64,000 bases of DNA from Sneathiellales bacterium (GTDB lineage Bacteria > Pseudomonadota > Alphaproteobacteria > JANQFL01), in assembly GCA_028277845.1 (NCBI GenBank), contig JANQFL010000040.1, forward strand, positions 1-64,000, given 5' to 3'. A program made the translations under genes and the position numbers. Within the stretch, counting starts at the first letter, position 1, and each line of letters starts with the position of its first letter. The notes beneath the pieces were generated by a model that was given only the letters and a program-made list of their open reading frames with translations, was not told the DNA's origin and searched no databases. Positions 49,187 to 59,548 of the stretch are shown here, piece by piece.

Positions 49187-49973
49187 CCTGACCGACTTCC
49201 GTGCCGTGGTCACCGGCGGGTCGTCGGGAATCGGCCTGGCGACGGCACGACTTCTGCTGACGTGTGGCGCCCGGGTGGCGATCTGCGGCCGGGACGAAAC
49301 CCGCCTGGAAAACGCCCACCGGTCGCTTGTGGAACTAGGTGGTTCCGACCGGTTGATGTCGGTGTCCTGCAATGTGCTGGAGCAAGAGGGGATCGATCGA
49401 TTCGTCGGCCAGGTCGAGGATCGCTTCGGTGGTCTCGACATTCTCGTCAACAACGCCGGGCAGGGGCGCATGTCGACATTCGCCGATACCGCCGACCAGG
49501 ACTGGCGCGATGAACTCGACCTCAAGTTCTTCGGCGTGATTCGTCCGACCCGCGGCTTTCTGCCGTTGCTGCAGAAATCCCACGCCGGCGCCATCGTCTG
49601 CGTCAATTCCCTGCTGGCCTTGCAGCCCGAACCGCACATGGTGGCGACATCGGCGGCGCGGGCCGGACTGCTGAGCCTGGTGCATTCTCTGGCAATCGAA
49701 TTCGCGCCCATGAACATCCGGGTCAATTCCATCCTGCTCGGCCTTGTGGACTCGGGCCAGTGGCGCCGGCGTTTCGAAAACCGTGACGACCCGTCCCTGG
49801 ATTGGGAAGCCTGGTGTGACCAACTGGCATCTCAGAAAGCCATTCCACTCCGCCGGCTTGGCCGGCCCGAAGAAGCCGCCGAAGCGATCGTTTTCCTGGC
49901 CTCGCCCGCCAGTGCCTATACGACCGGTTCGTCCATCGATGTCTCGGGAGGTCTCGCACGTCATGTCGCTTGA
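49176..49973 (+). CDS. SDR-family oxidoreductase
   Basis: TGGSSGIGLA, NNAG. The catalytic Tyr-x3-Lys is not located in this read. 265 aa. 11-nt overlap with iclR. Confidence 0.8.
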   Translation: MPYDLTDFRAVVTGGSSGIGLATARLLLTCGARVAICGRDETRLENAHRSLVELGGSDRLMSVSCNVLEQEGIDRFVGQVEDRFGGLDILVNNAGQGRMSTFADTADQDWRDELDLKFFGVIRPTRGFLPLLQKSHAGAIVCVNSLLALQPEPHMVATSAARAGLLSLVHSLAIEFAPMNIRVNSILLGLVDSGQWRRRFENRDDPSLDWEAWCDQLASQKAIPLRRLGRPEEAAEAIVFLASPASAYTTGSSIDVSGGLARHVA

Positions 49974-51609
49974 ACGCACCGTCGGTGACGCCGTCGCCGA
50001 ATTTCTGGAGGTCAATGACGTCCCCGTCACGTTCGGCGTCATATCCATTCACAACATGCCGATCCTCGATGCGATTGCACAACGCGGCAACCTAAGGTTC
50101 GTGCCGGCCCGCGGCGAGGCGGGCGCGGTGAACATGGCTGACGCGGCGACCCGGGCCTCCGGCAGGCCGTGTGTCGCCTTCACCAGCACGGGTACGGCGG
50201 CCGGTAACGCAGCCGGCGCCATGGTCGAGGCGCAAACGGCCGGCACGCCCATGTTGCACATCACCGGACAGATCGAACGGCCTTATCTCGACCGCAACCA
50301 CGGCTACATCCATGAGGCCCGCGATCAGATGGGCATGCTCAACGCGGTGTCCAAGGCCGCGTACCGGGCCGACGTACCCGAGGACGTGGTATCTACGTTG
50401 CAGAATGCCCTGACCGCCGCCCTGACGGCACCGACCGGACCGGTCAGCGTGGAAATCCCCATCGATGTCCAGAAGGCCAAGCTGGGCAACGGCGCAATGC
50501 CGGCGCCATCGATGGCGGACGAAGTGCAGACCGATCTGCTTGCGATCGACGAACTGGCGGACCGGGCGGCGTCGGCCCGCCGTCCGGTCCTGTGGCTCGG
50601 CAGCGGTGCTCTCAAGGCCGGCGATGCCGTCAAACGGCTGCTCGGCATGGGCGTCGCCGTGGTGACCACCACCAACGGACGCGGCGTGGTGCCCGAGGAT
50701 CATCCGTTGTGCCTGGGCGCCTTCACGTCCGCGGCCCCGGTCGAGACATTGTTCGCGTCGTGCGATTTGATGCTGGTGGCTGGGTCGCGCCTGCGCGGCA
50801 ACGAAACCCTGAAGTATTCCCTGTCCCTGCCGTCGCCCCGGTACCGCATCGACGTCGATCCGGACGCGTTCGGCCATCCCTACGACATGGACGGCAATAT
50901 CGTCGGTGATGTCGCTGTCTCGTTGAACCGTTTGGCCGACCGTCTCGAGGGGCGCTTGCAGACCGATCCGGCGTTTGCCGCTGACGTGGCGGCGGCGCGC
51001 TCATCCGCGGAAGCCGCGTTGCGGCAGGATCTCGGTGTCTACGCCACGTTATTCGACGCGCTCCGGCAGACCATGGGCGATCGCTTCACCTGGGTGCGTG
51101 ACGTGACGATTTCCAACAGCATGTGGGGCAATAAGCTGCCGCCCATCGCGAACCCACGCCAGGCGGTGCATGCCGTCGGCGGCGGGATCGGCCAGGGCCT
51201 GGCCATGGCCGTCGGCGCGGCCTTGGCCGGCACGGGCCGCAAGACGGTGTGTCTATCCGGCGACGGCGGCTTCCAGCTCAACATCGGCGAGTTGGCGACG
51301 GCGGCGCAGGAACAGGCCGACCTGTTGGTCCTGCTGATGAACAGCAGCGGCTATCAGGTCATCCGCAATATCCAGGATGTCGAATATGGTGGCCGACATC
51401 CTTATGTCGACCTGTTGACGCCGGATTTTGCCCAGGTTTGCGGGGCCGTTGGCGTGCGCCACGTCAAGGTCTCGGAGCTGTCGGATGCCGAGGATATCCT
51501 GGCCAAGGCGATGGCGCACACCGGTACGGTGGTCGTGGAAATCGACATGGCCGCGTGCGGCGATTTCGCCCGGCCGTTCGCCGGGCCGCCGGTACGCAAG
51601 GCCGGCTGA
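49963..51609 (+). CDS. Thiamine-diphosphate-dependent enzyme (acetolactate synthase / benzoylformate decarboxylase-like)
   Basis: TPP N-terminal, central and C-terminal domains. GDGGFQ motif. Start ATG 49963 overlaps the SDR stop. Confidence 0.75.
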   Translation: MSLERTVGDAVAEFLEVNDVPVTFGVISIHNMPILDAIAQRGNLRFVPARGEAGAVNMADAATRASGRPCVAFTSTGTAAGNAAGAMVEAQTAGTPMLHITGQIERPYLDRNHGYIHEARDQMGMLNAVSKAAYRADVPEDVVSTLQNALTAALTAPTGPVSVEIPIDVQKAKLGNGAMPAPSMADEVQTDLLAIDELADRAASARRPVLWLGSGALKAGDAVKRLLGMGVAVVTTTNGRGVVPEDHPLCLGAFTSAAPVETLFASCDLMLVAGSRLRGNETLKYSLSLPSPRYRIDVDPDAFGHPYDMDGNIVGDVAVSLNRLADRLEGRLQTDPAFAADVAAARSSAEAALRQDLGVYATLFDALRQTMGDRFTWVRDVTISNSMWGNKLPPIANPRQAVHAVGGGIGQGLAMAVGAALAGTGRKTVCLSGDGGFQLNIGELATAAQEQADLLVLLMNSSGYQVIRNIQDVEYGGRHPYVDLLTPDFAQVCGAVGVRHVKVSELSDAEDILAKAMAHTGTVVVEIDMAACGDFARPFAGPPVRKAG

Positions 51610-51613
51610 CGCC

Positions 51614-52414
51614 ATGCCTCTTTCGGTCCTGATGATCGGCTACGGCACCATCGCCCGGTATGTATCGGCAGCGGTTGCGGGACGGCCGGATATCGCCATC
51701 ACCTCAGTCCTGGCCCGGCCCGGGCGCGAAAATGCGGCTTCCGACGTCTTCGGAAGCGATGTGGACATCGTGACATCCGTTGCCGACGTCACGGCTTCGG
51801 TCGACGTGGCGCTGGAATGCGCCGGCCATGAAGGCCTGCGGCAACACGGATCTGCCGTGCTGGACCAGGGAACGGACCTGATCGTCGCTTCGGTCGGCGG
51901 CTTGACCGATGACGGGCTGGCATCCGACCTGGAAGCCGCGGCGAAGCGGGGTAAGGCACAGATCGAAGTCCTTTCGGGTGCGGTTGGCGCACTCGATGCC
52001 CTGGCGTCGGCGCGGCAGGGTGGCCTGGAGACGGTGACCTACCAGGGACGCAAGCCGCCGGCCGGCTGGAAGGGCAGCCCGGCGGAGGAGGCGTGCGACC
52101 TGGATCGCCTTGCCGAACCCTTCGTGCATTTCGAAGGCTCGGCACGGGACGCGGCATCGCGTTACCCGAAAAACGCCAATGTGGCCGCGGCCGTCGCCCT
52201 GGCCGGTGTCGGCCTGGATGCGACACGCGTCAGGCTGATCGCGGATCCCAAGGCGCCCGGCAATGAACACGAAATCGCGGCGGAAGGCGCGTTCGGCCGT
52301 TTTCAATTCAACATCGTCGGCAATCCGCTGCCCGGCAATCCGCGCTCCTCTTCGTTGACCGCCATGAGCGCCGTGCGGGCCCTGGACAACCGCGTCTCGG
52401 CCATGAGGATCTAG
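51614..52414 (+). CDS. Aspartate dehydrogenase (NadX)-like NAD(P)-binding domain protein
   Basis: MIGYGTIARYV Rossmann start. Length and layout of the Asp-DH family. 266 aa. Confidence 0.5.
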   Translation: MPLSVLMIGYGTIARYVSAAVAGRPDIAITSVLARPGRENAASDVFGSDVDIVTSVADVTASVDVALECAGHEGLRQHGSAVLDQGTDLIVASVGGLTDDGLASDLEAAAKRGKAQIEVLSGAVGALDALASARQGGLETVTYQGRKPPAGWKGSPAEEACDLDRLAEPFVHFEGSARDAASRYPKNANVAAAVALAGVGLDATRVRLIADPKAPGNEHEIAAEGAFGRFQFNIVGNPLPGNPRSSSLTAMSAVRALDNRVSAMRI

Positions 52415-52416
52415 CC

Positions 52417-53889
52417 GTGTCTGACGGGACGTTGGATATCCTGGTTGGCGGTGCCTGGCGTCCGGGCAATGGCGCACGGTATGCGACGACGTTTCCCGCC
52501 GACGGCAGCAGCAACGCGGAACTGCACGCCGCCGATGCCGCGGACGTGGACGATGCGGTCGAGGCCGCCGACCGGGCCTGGCGGGCAACCGGCTGGCGCG
52601 ATCCGATGCCGCACGACCGGGCGCGCGTTCTGTACCGTATCGCCGACCTGATCCGCGACCGTCATGAGGAACTGGCCCAGTTGCAGATGCGCGACAACGG
52701 CAAGCCGATCACTGAAACCCGTGCCCTCGTCGCGAGCGCCGCCAACACGTTCCAGTTCATGGGCGCCGCATGCGAGACCATGGAGGAGGAGATCACGCCG
52801 CCGCGCGGCGATTACGTGACCATGAGCACGTGGGAGCCCATGGGCGTCGTCGCCGCCATCACACCGTGGAATTCGCCCATTGCCAGCGAAGCGCAGAAAC
52901 TGGCGCCGGCCCTGGCCGCCGGCAACGCCGTCATCGTCAAGCCCGCCGAAGTGACGCCGTTGCTGGCCCTGGAACTGGGCCGGATTTGCGAACAGGCCGG
53001 CGTGCCTTCGGGGATCGTCAGCGTTTTGCCGGGCAAGGGATCGGTAGTGGGCGACGCGCTGGTGCGCCATCCCAAGGTGCGCAAGGTGTCGTTCACCGGC
53101 GGCACCGCGACGGGCAAATCCATCGCCGCCATCGCTGCCGAGAAGATGATGCCGGTAACCCTGGAACTGGGCGGCAAGTCGCCCACCGTGGTCTTCGACG
53201 ACACCGACCTGGACCACGCCGTCAATGGCGTGCTGTTCGGCATCTTTTCCTCGTCCGGTGAAAGCTGCATCGCCGGATCGCGCCTGTTCGTGCAGTCGGA
53301 CATCGCCGACGCCTTCATCGAACGCCTGGTGTCCAAGACGGAGTCCCTGCGTATCGGCGATCCGCGTGACGAGGTCACCCAGATGGGTCCGTTGATTTCC
53401 CACGCACACCAGGGTGTCGTCGAAGGCTATGTGCGCATGGGCGTCGACGAAGGTGGACAGGTGCTGGCCGGCGGCGCTCGGCCCGAGGGCGGCGTATTCG
53501 AGGCCGGCCCCTACTACCGGCCCACCATCATCGGCGGTTTGGCCAACGACGCCCGCATGTGCCAGGAAGAAATCTTCGGACCGGTTCTCGCGGTGTTGCG
53601 GTTCGACGACGAAGAGGACCTGCTGGCGCAGGCGAACGATTCGGTCTTCGGATTGGCCGCGGGCCTTTGGACGCAGGACTACAAACGGGCCTGGCGCGTG
53701 GCGCGGCGCCTGGATACCGGCACGGTGTGGATCAATACCTACAAACAGTTCTCCATCACGACGCCGTTCACCGCCCGCAAGGCCAGCGGTATCGGCCGCG
53801 ACAAGGGCCGCATGGCCATCCGCGAGTACATGAATCAGAAAAGCCTCTATTGGGGCCTGAACGATGCCCCCATTCCATGGGCCGGCTAA
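52417..53889 (+). CDS. NAD(P)-dependent aldehyde dehydrogenase
   Basis: ELGGKSP (catalytic Glu motif) and SGESCIAGSR (catalytic Cys). 490 aa. GTG start 2 nt after the previous stop. Confidence 0.85.
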   Translation: MSDGTLDILVGGAWRPGNGARYATTFPADGSSNAELHAADAADVDDAVEAADRAWRATGWRDPMPHDRARVLYRIADLIRDRHEELAQLQMRDNGKPITETRALVASAANTFQFMGAACETMEEEITPPRGDYVTMSTWEPMGVVAAITPWNSPIASEAQKLAPALAAGNAVIVKPAEVTPLLALELGRICEQAGVPSGIVSVLPGKGSVVGDALVRHPKVRKVSFTGGTATGKSIAAIAAEKMMPVTLELGGKSPTVVFDDTDLDHAVNGVLFGIFSSSGESCIAGSRLFVQSDIADAFIERLVSKTESLRIGDPRDEVTQMGPLISHAHQGVVEGYVRMGVDEGGQVLAGGARPEGGVFEAGPYYRPTIIGGLANDARMCQEEIFGPVLAVLRFDDEEDLLAQANDSVFGLAAGLWTQDYKRAWRVARRLDTGTVWINTYKQFSITTPFTARKASGIGRDKGRMAIREYMNQKSLYWGLNDAPIPWAG

Positions 53890-53905
53890 GACGGGAGCGA
53901 AACGC

Positions 53906-54835
53906 ATGACCATCACAGGGATCGACGGCATCACCTACGGCGTGGAGGACATGGACGCCTGCACCCGCTTTCTGGCCGATTGGGGTCTGACCGAGGTGTC
54001 CCGCGCCGCCGACCGGGTCGGTTGCGAAACCCTGGACGGCACCGAAGTCTGGGCCGTCGACGGCGCCGCGTCCGACCTGCCGCCGGCGGTCGAGGACGGC
54101 CCGACCCTGCGCCGGGTCACATGGGGCGTTTCCGACCAGGCGGCCCTGGGCGCTTTGCGCGCCGCGCTGCACGACACCACGGCTGTCCAGGATACGGATG
54201 ACGGGTTTAGCTGCGAGGATCCCAACGGCATCACCCTGTCGTTCCGGGTCAGCCGGCGCCGGTCCGTGTCGATCACAGGCGCGCCGGTGAACACGGTCGA
54301 CCAGACGCCCCGGGTCGACCGGCGAGCGCCGGTCTACGACCGCGCCGAGCCGGTCAAGGTGGGCCATGTGGTGTTCTTCGTCGCCGACGTGGCCGAGGCC
54401 GTGGCATTCTATACCGGACACCTCGGGTTCCATGTGTCCGACTGTTATCCCGGTGTCGGGTATTTCCTGCGCTGCCGGGAGGAAGGCGGCCACCACGACC
54501 TGTTCCTGCTGCAGACGCCCGACCGCAAGCGCGGCCTCAATCACGTCGCCTTCACGGTGCGCGACCTGGAGGAAGTGTTCGGCGGCGGCATCCACATGAA
54601 CGCCCGCGGCTGGCGGACCCAGATCGGCCCGGGCCGCCATCCCATTTCGTCGGCCTATTTCTGGTACGTGCACAATCCCTGCGGCGCGCTGGCCGAGTAC
54701 TACACCAACGAGGACTACTGCACCGCCGCCTGGCAACCCAAGGAATGGGAACGCGGCAATGACAATTTCGCCGAATGGGCCATCGCCGGGGGTATCGATC
54801 CGGAGACCAGGCGCCAGGTCCGCAAGACGGATTGA
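53906..54835 (+). CDS. Two-domain vicinal-oxygen-chelate (VOC) extradiol ring-cleavage dioxygenase-like protein
   Basis: Two glyoxalase/extradiol modules (HVVFFVAD..., LNHVAFTVRD...). 309 aa. Confidence 0.65.
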   Translation: MTITGIDGITYGVEDMDACTRFLADWGLTEVSRAADRVGCETLDGTEVWAVDGAASDLPPAVEDGPTLRRVTWGVSDQAALGALRAALHDTTAVQDTDDGFSCEDPNGITLSFRVSRRRSVSITGAPVNTVDQTPRVDRRAPVYDRAEPVKVGHVVFFVADVAEAVAFYTGHLGFHVSDCYPGVGYFLRCREEGGHHDLFLLQTPDRKRGLNHVAFTVRDLEEVFGGGIHMNARGWRTQIGPGRHPISSAYFWYVHNPCGALAEYYTNEDYCTAAWQPKEWERGNDNFAEWAIAGGIDPETRRQVRKTD

Positions 54836-54846
54836 CGGGCACGGCG

Positions 54847-56043
54847 ATGGACGACGTCGTCATCATCGGCGCGGGGCAGGCCGGGGGGTGGGTCGCCAAA
54901 ACCCTGCGTGCCCAGGGGTTCGATGGCCGCATCACCTTGATCGGCGCCGAAGCCCATGCGCCCTACGAGCGGCCGCCTCTGTCGAAAGCGGTGTTGCTGG
55001 GCGAGGCGGACCCGGGCACCACGGCGCTGTTTTCCGAATCCGATTTCGCCGCGCTCGAACTGTCGTTCCTGCCGGGGACCCGGGCCGAGGCCATCGACCG
55101 CGCGGTCCGCGCCGTGACGACGGACGACGGACAAACGGTTGGCTATGACAAACTGGTCATCGCCACCGGCGGCACGGCGCGGCCGCTGCCGGTACCCGGC
55201 GCGGCCCAGCACGCGCTTTATCTGCGCAGCCGCGACGACGCGGTGGTCCTGCACGAGCGGCTGGTGCGGGCCAAGAACGTCGCCATCGTGGGCGGCGGCT
55301 GGATCGGGCTGGAGGTCGCGGCCGCGGCGACCAAGTTGGGCGCCGCCGTCACGGTCTACGAAGCGGCGGAGCGGCTGTGCGGCCGTGCGGTGCCGCCGGA
55401 GGTTTCCGATTATCTGTTCGATCTGCACACCCGCCATGGCGTGACGGTGCACCTGAATGCGGCGGTCGAACGTATCGATGCCGGCACCGTGACCGTGGAC
55501 GGGGCGACGCAGCCGGTTGATCTGGTGATGGCCGGAATCGGCTTGGTGCCCGATACGGCCCTGGCCGCGGCCGCCGGGTTGGCGGTCGACAACGGCATCC
55601 TGGTGGACGGGGACGGGCGCACGTCGGACCCCGACATCCATGCCGTCGGCGACGTGGCGAACCGGGACAGCCCGGTGCTGGGCCGGCGTGTGCGGCTCGA
55701 ATCCTGGGGCAATGCCCAGGATCAGGGTGTCGCCGTCGCCAAGCATCTCCTGGGGATCGATCCCGGCGAGGAGGGTGTGCCGTGGTTCTGGTCCGACCAG
55801 TACGACGTCAATATGCAGATCCTCGGCCTGCCCGAGGCGTGGGGATCGCCGGTGCGGCGGCCCGGCGACGGGCCGGACCGGTTCTCCCTGTTTTATCTCG
55901 ACGGTGCGCGCCTGACGGCCGTCGTCGCCGCCAACAACGCCATGGATATCAAGATCGCCAAGCGCCTGATGGCCGCGGACAAGGCCGTCGATCCGCATAT
56001 GCTGGCCGATCCGGCGGCCAATCTCCGCGATCTTCTGCGTTAG
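54847..56043 (+). CDS. FAD-dependent ferredoxin-NAD(P)+ reductase component (pyridine nucleotide-disulfide oxidoreductase family)
   Basis: VVIIGAGQAGG and VAIVGGGWIGLE dinucleotide-binding motifs. 398 aa. Confidence 0.8.
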   Translation: MDDVVIIGAGQAGGWVAKTLRAQGFDGRITLIGAEAHAPYERPPLSKAVLLGEADPGTTALFSESDFAALELSFLPGTRAEAIDRAVRAVTTDDGQTVGYDKLVIATGGTARPLPVPGAAQHALYLRSRDDAVVLHERLVRAKNVAIVGGGWIGLEVAAAATKLGAAVTVYEAAERLCGRAVPPEVSDYLFDLHTRHGVTVHLNAAVERIDAGTVTVDGATQPVDLVMAGIGLVPDTALAAAAGLAVDNGILVDGDGRTSDPDIHAVGDVANRDSPVLGRRVRLESWGNAQDQGVAVAKHLLGIDPGEEGVPWFWSDQYDVNMQILGLPEAWGSPVRRPGDGPDRFSLFYLDGARLTAVVAANNAMDIKIAKRLMAADKAVDPHMLADPAANLRDLLR

Positions 56044-56052
56044 AAGGCTGTC

Positions 56053-57615
56053 CTACCAGGGCGCCGGAGCGTCCCGGCGCGGGCTGAAACCGGCGGGCAG
56101 GCAGGGCCGGGCGTCGGCGTTGAAGTCCGCCGTGGGCATGAAGCGCGGGTTTTTCCGCGCCTGGGTGACGTGTTCGAAGCCGGCGGCGATGGCGAACAGG
56201 TCCGGCTCGCCGAACGCCCGGCCCATGAACGACACGTTGACCGGCAGCCCGTACAGGAACCCGGCGGGCACGGAGATGTTGGGATAGCCCGCCACGGCCG
56301 CAGGCGCGGCGCTGGTGCCGCGCCGGTTGTCGCCGTTGACCCAGTCGATCGGCCAGGGCAGGCCGCCCGTCGCCGCCATGACCGCGTCCAGCCGGTGTTC
56401 GGCGATGACCGTGTCGAGGCCGTCCTCGCCGGCCAGCCGCAGGCTGGTGGCGCGCGCCTCGCGATAGGCCGCGTCGTCGAGCCCCGGCATCTCGGCGGCC
56501 TTCTCGAGAATGTCCTGGGGAAAGTAGGGCATGACCCGGTCGGCGTGGCGCCGGTTGAAGGCGATCAGATCCCGCAGCGAGCGGACCGGCGTATCGCCGC
56601 CGCGCGCGGCCAGATAGGCATCCATGCCGGCTTTGAACTCGTGCAGCAGCACGGTGTATTCGTGCGGCCGGATATCCTCCACCCGCACCAGCTCGATCTT
56701 GACGATCTCGGCGCCGGCGTCGCGGATGGCGGCCAGCGCGTCCGACAGGATCCCGTCGACGCGCTCGTCGAAGCCGCAGTAATTGACGGCGAAGCCGATG
56801 CGCTTGCCCCTCAAACCGTCCGGATCGGCGCAGGGGCGGTAATCGGCCGGACGGTGCGTGTCGGCGTCGCGGGTGGCCGGATCCGCCGGGTCGGTGCCGG
56901 CGATCGCCGACAACAGGACAGCCGCATCGGCGACCGTGCGGGCCATGGGCCCGGCCGTATCCTGGCTGCTGGATATGGGCACGATGCCGCTGCGGCTGAC
57001 CAATCCGACCGTCGGTTTCAACCCGACGGCCGCGTTCATGGCGGCGGGATTGACGATGGAGCCCGACGTCTCGGTGCCGACGGCGAGCGGGCAATAGCCC
57101 GCCGACACGGCGACGCCCGATCCGGAACTGGACCCGCCCGGCGTGCGGTCGAGGGCGAAGGGGTTGCGGGTCTGGCCGCCCAGGCTGCTCCAGCCGCTCG
57201 ACGAGCGCACGGAACGGAAGTTGGCCCATTCGCTCAAATTGGTCTTGCCCAGCAGCACGGCGCCGGCGGCGCGCAACTTGGCGACGACGGCCGAATCGGC
57301 CGCGGCATGGGTGCCGTCCAGGGCCAGCGACCCGGCGGTCGTCGCCATGCGGTCGCCGGTATCGAGATTGTCCTTCACCATGACCGGGATACCGTGCAGC
57401 GGCCCGCGGATGTGACCGGCGGCCCGCTCGCGGTCGCGTTCGGCGGCGATGTCCAGGGCGTCCGGGTTGCGGGTCAGCACGGCGTTGGTCCGGTCGTCGT
57501 GACGGCCGATCCGGTCCAGCAGCGCCTGCGCCAGGTCGACGGACGTCAGCGTACCCTGTTCGAGGGCCCCGGAGAGCTCCGCGACTCCGGCCCACTCCAG
57601 CGCATCCATGCTCAT
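56053..57615 (-). CDS. Amidase-signature (AS) family amidase
   Basis: [33 protein letters not shown] signature. ATGA overlap with the dppC-like stop. 520 aa. Confidence 0.8.
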   Translation of the reverse strand: MSMDALEWAGVAELSGALEQGTLTSVDLAQALLDRIGRHDDRTNAVLTRNPDALDIAAERDRERAAGHIRGPLHGIPVMVKDNLDTGDRMATTAGSLALDGTHAAADSAVVAKLRAAGAVLLGKTNLSEWANFRSVRSSSGWSSLGGQTRNPFALDRTPGGSSSGSGVAVSAGYCPLAVGTETSGSIVNPAAMNAAVGLKPTVGLVSRSGIVPISSSQDTAGPMARTVADAAVLLSAIAGTDPADPATRDADTHRPADYRPCADPDGLRGKRIGFAVNYCGFDERVDGILSDALAAIRDAGAEIVKIELVRVEDIRPHEYTVLLHEFKAGMDAYLAARGGDTPVRSLRDLIAFNRRHADRVMPYFPQDILEKAAEMPGLDDAAYREARATSLRLAGEDGLDTVIAEHRLDAVMAATGGLPWPIDWVNGDNRRGTSAAPAAVAGYPNISVPAGFLYGLPVNVSFMGRAFGEPDLFAIAAGFEHVTQARKNPRFMPTADFNADARPCLPAGFSPRRDAPAPW

Positions 57616-58520
57616 GCCTTGTCCTGGGTTTCGCGCACGTCGAGGAAATCCCTGAGCGCGTCGCCGACGAAATTGATACTAAGGACGACCAGCATGATGG
57701 CCAAGCCCGGGAAAACGCCGATCCACCAGGCGCGGGAGATGAAGCTGCGGCCTTCCGACAACATCAATCCCCAGGTCGGCGTATCGGCTTCCACGCCGAG
57801 ACCGAGGAACGACAGCGTGGCCTCGCCGAGTATGGCGTAGGAGACGCTGACCGTCGCCTGGACGATGATCGGCGCGGCGGCGTTCGGCAGGATATGACGC
57901 CACATGATGCGGAAATCGGACACCCCGACCGTGCGGGCGGCGGCGACGTATTGCTCCTCCTTGATCGACAGCACCATGCCGCGGGCGACCCGGGCGAAAT
58001 CGTCGATATAGGCCAGCGCCAAGGCGGCAATGATATTGGCGAGGCCGGTGCCGAACACGGCCACCAGGTAGACGGCGATCAGGATGTTGGGAAACGCCCA
58101 CTGCAGGTCGATGTAACGCATGATCACGTTGTCGAGCCAGCCGCCGAAATATCCGGCGAGAATGCCCAGCGTCAGCCCGGCGATCAACGACAGCACGACC
58201 GTCGAAACGCCGACGAAGATGGATATCTGTGCGCCCTGAATGATGCGGGAGAGGAGGTCCCGCCCGAGATCATCCGTGCCCAGTGGATGCGCCAGGCTGG
58301 GCGCCGCCATGAAATCGTATTCCATGTCGTTGGGGTCGTAGGGCGTGATCAGGGGCGCGAAAATGGCCGCCAAAACAAAGACGGTCAGCACGACGACGCC
58401 GACCATGGCCTTCTTGTCCTGCCATAGGGCGTTGAGGAACCGTTTCTTGGCGCTCATCCGGCGCGGCGGGACATCCTGCTGGCTGACGACATCGACGGGA
58501 CTGGCGGAAACTTCGGTCAT
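57612..58520 (-). CDS. Peptide/nickel-type ABC transporter permease (DppC/OppC-like)
   Basis: 302 aa, 6 TM, conserved permease loop. Confidence 0.8.
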   Translation of the reverse strand: MTEVSASPVDVVSQQDVPPRRMSAKKRFLNALWQDKKAMVGVVVLTVFVLAAIFAPLITPYDPNDMEYDFMAAPSLAHPLGTDDLGRDLLSRIIQGAQISIFVGVSTVVLSLIAGLTLGILAGYFGGWLDNVIMRYIDLQWAFPNILIAVYLVAVFGTGLANIIAALALAYIDDFARVARGMVLSIKEEQYVAAARTVGVSDFRIMWRHILPNAAAPIIVQATVSVSYAILGEATLSFLGLGVEADTPTWGLMLSEGRSFISRAWWIGVFPGLAIMLVVLSINFVGDALRDFLDVRETQDKA

Positions 58521-58536
58521 GTGCGGCCTGTCCCGT

Positions 58537-59478
58537 TCAATAGCGGATGCGCGGATCGATGATGGTGTAGAGCATATCGACCAGCAGATTGACGAACACG
58601 AAGATGGCCGAGACCACCAGTATGGTGCCCTGCACCACGGCGTAGTCCCGGTTGAGAATGCCCTGGATCAGCAGGCGTCCCAGCCCCTTGATGACGAACA
58701 CGTTCTCGACCACCACGGAGGCCGTCATCAGCAGGGCGAAGGCGATGCCCATGACCGTCACGACAGGAATCAGCGCATTGGGAAAGGCATGAAACAGAAT
58801 GAGAAACGGTTCCTTGAGGCCCTTGGAGCGCGCGACCTGCATGTAGTCGGCCTTCAGGACCTCAAGCATCGAGGAGCGGATCATCCGGGCGACGATGGCC
58901 GAAAAGGCGGTGCCGGCGGCGATGGCGGGCAGGATCAGGTGCTGCAGCCAGGGCCAGAAACCTTCCGACAACGGCGCGTAGCCGATGGCCGGCAGCCAGT
59001 GCAGGTTCGCGGCGAAGACGATGATGAGAATGATCGCCAGCCAGAAGTCCGGCATGCTGAGCCCGAGAAAGGCGAACACGGTCACCGAATGGTCGAGCTT
59101 GCTGTTCTTGCGCGTCGCCGCGATCAACCCGGCCGGGATGGCGATGACGATGGCGACGACAAACGACAGCAGAGCGAGCGAAATCGTACGCGGCAGTGCC
59201 TCGACGATCAGGCGGCTGACTTCGAGCCGGCTGCCGTAAATCGATGTGCCGAAATCACCCTGCAAGACCGCCCAGAACCACTTGACGTACTGAACGTAAA
59301 CGGGTTGATCGAGGCCGAACTTGGCCTTGAGCTGTTCGGCCATCTCCGGCGACGAATCGAAGAGCATGGCGGCGATGGGATCGCCGGGCACGATTCGCAG
59401 CATGAAGAAGACCAGCGTGGCGACGGCCCACATGACCACCAGGGCGCCGATCGAACGATGTATGAGGAACCGCAGCAT
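58537..59478 (-). CDS. Peptide/nickel-type ABC transporter permease (DppB/OppB-like)
   Basis: 313 aa. MLRFLIHRSIGALVVMWAVATLVF typical DppB N-terminus. Confidence 0.8.
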   Translation of the reverse strand: MLRFLIHRSIGALVVMWAVATLVFFMLRIVPGDPIAAMLFDSSPEMAEQLKAKFGLDQPVYVQYVKWFWAVLQGDFGTSIYGSRLEVSRLIVEALPRTISLALLSFVVAIVIAIPAGLIAATRKNSKLDHSVTVFAFLGLSMPDFWLAIILIIVFAANLHWLPAIGYAPLSEGFWPWLQHLILPAIAAGTAFSAIVARMIRSSMLEVLKADYMQVARSKGLKEPFLILFHAFPNALIPVVTVMGIAFALLMTASVVVENVFVIKGLGRLLIQGILNRDYAVVQGTILVVSAIFVFVNLLVDMLYTIIDPRIRY

Positions 59479-59548
59479 GGGTTGGCAGCACCGATAAAAG
59501 TGAGGGGCGGGCGGAAATTCGACGCCCGCCCCGATGTTCCCGACGTCA

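Noticed and set aside
56170-57840. 556-aa plus-strand ORF
   Set aside because: Antisense to the AS amidase and dppC-like genes. A high-GC artefact.
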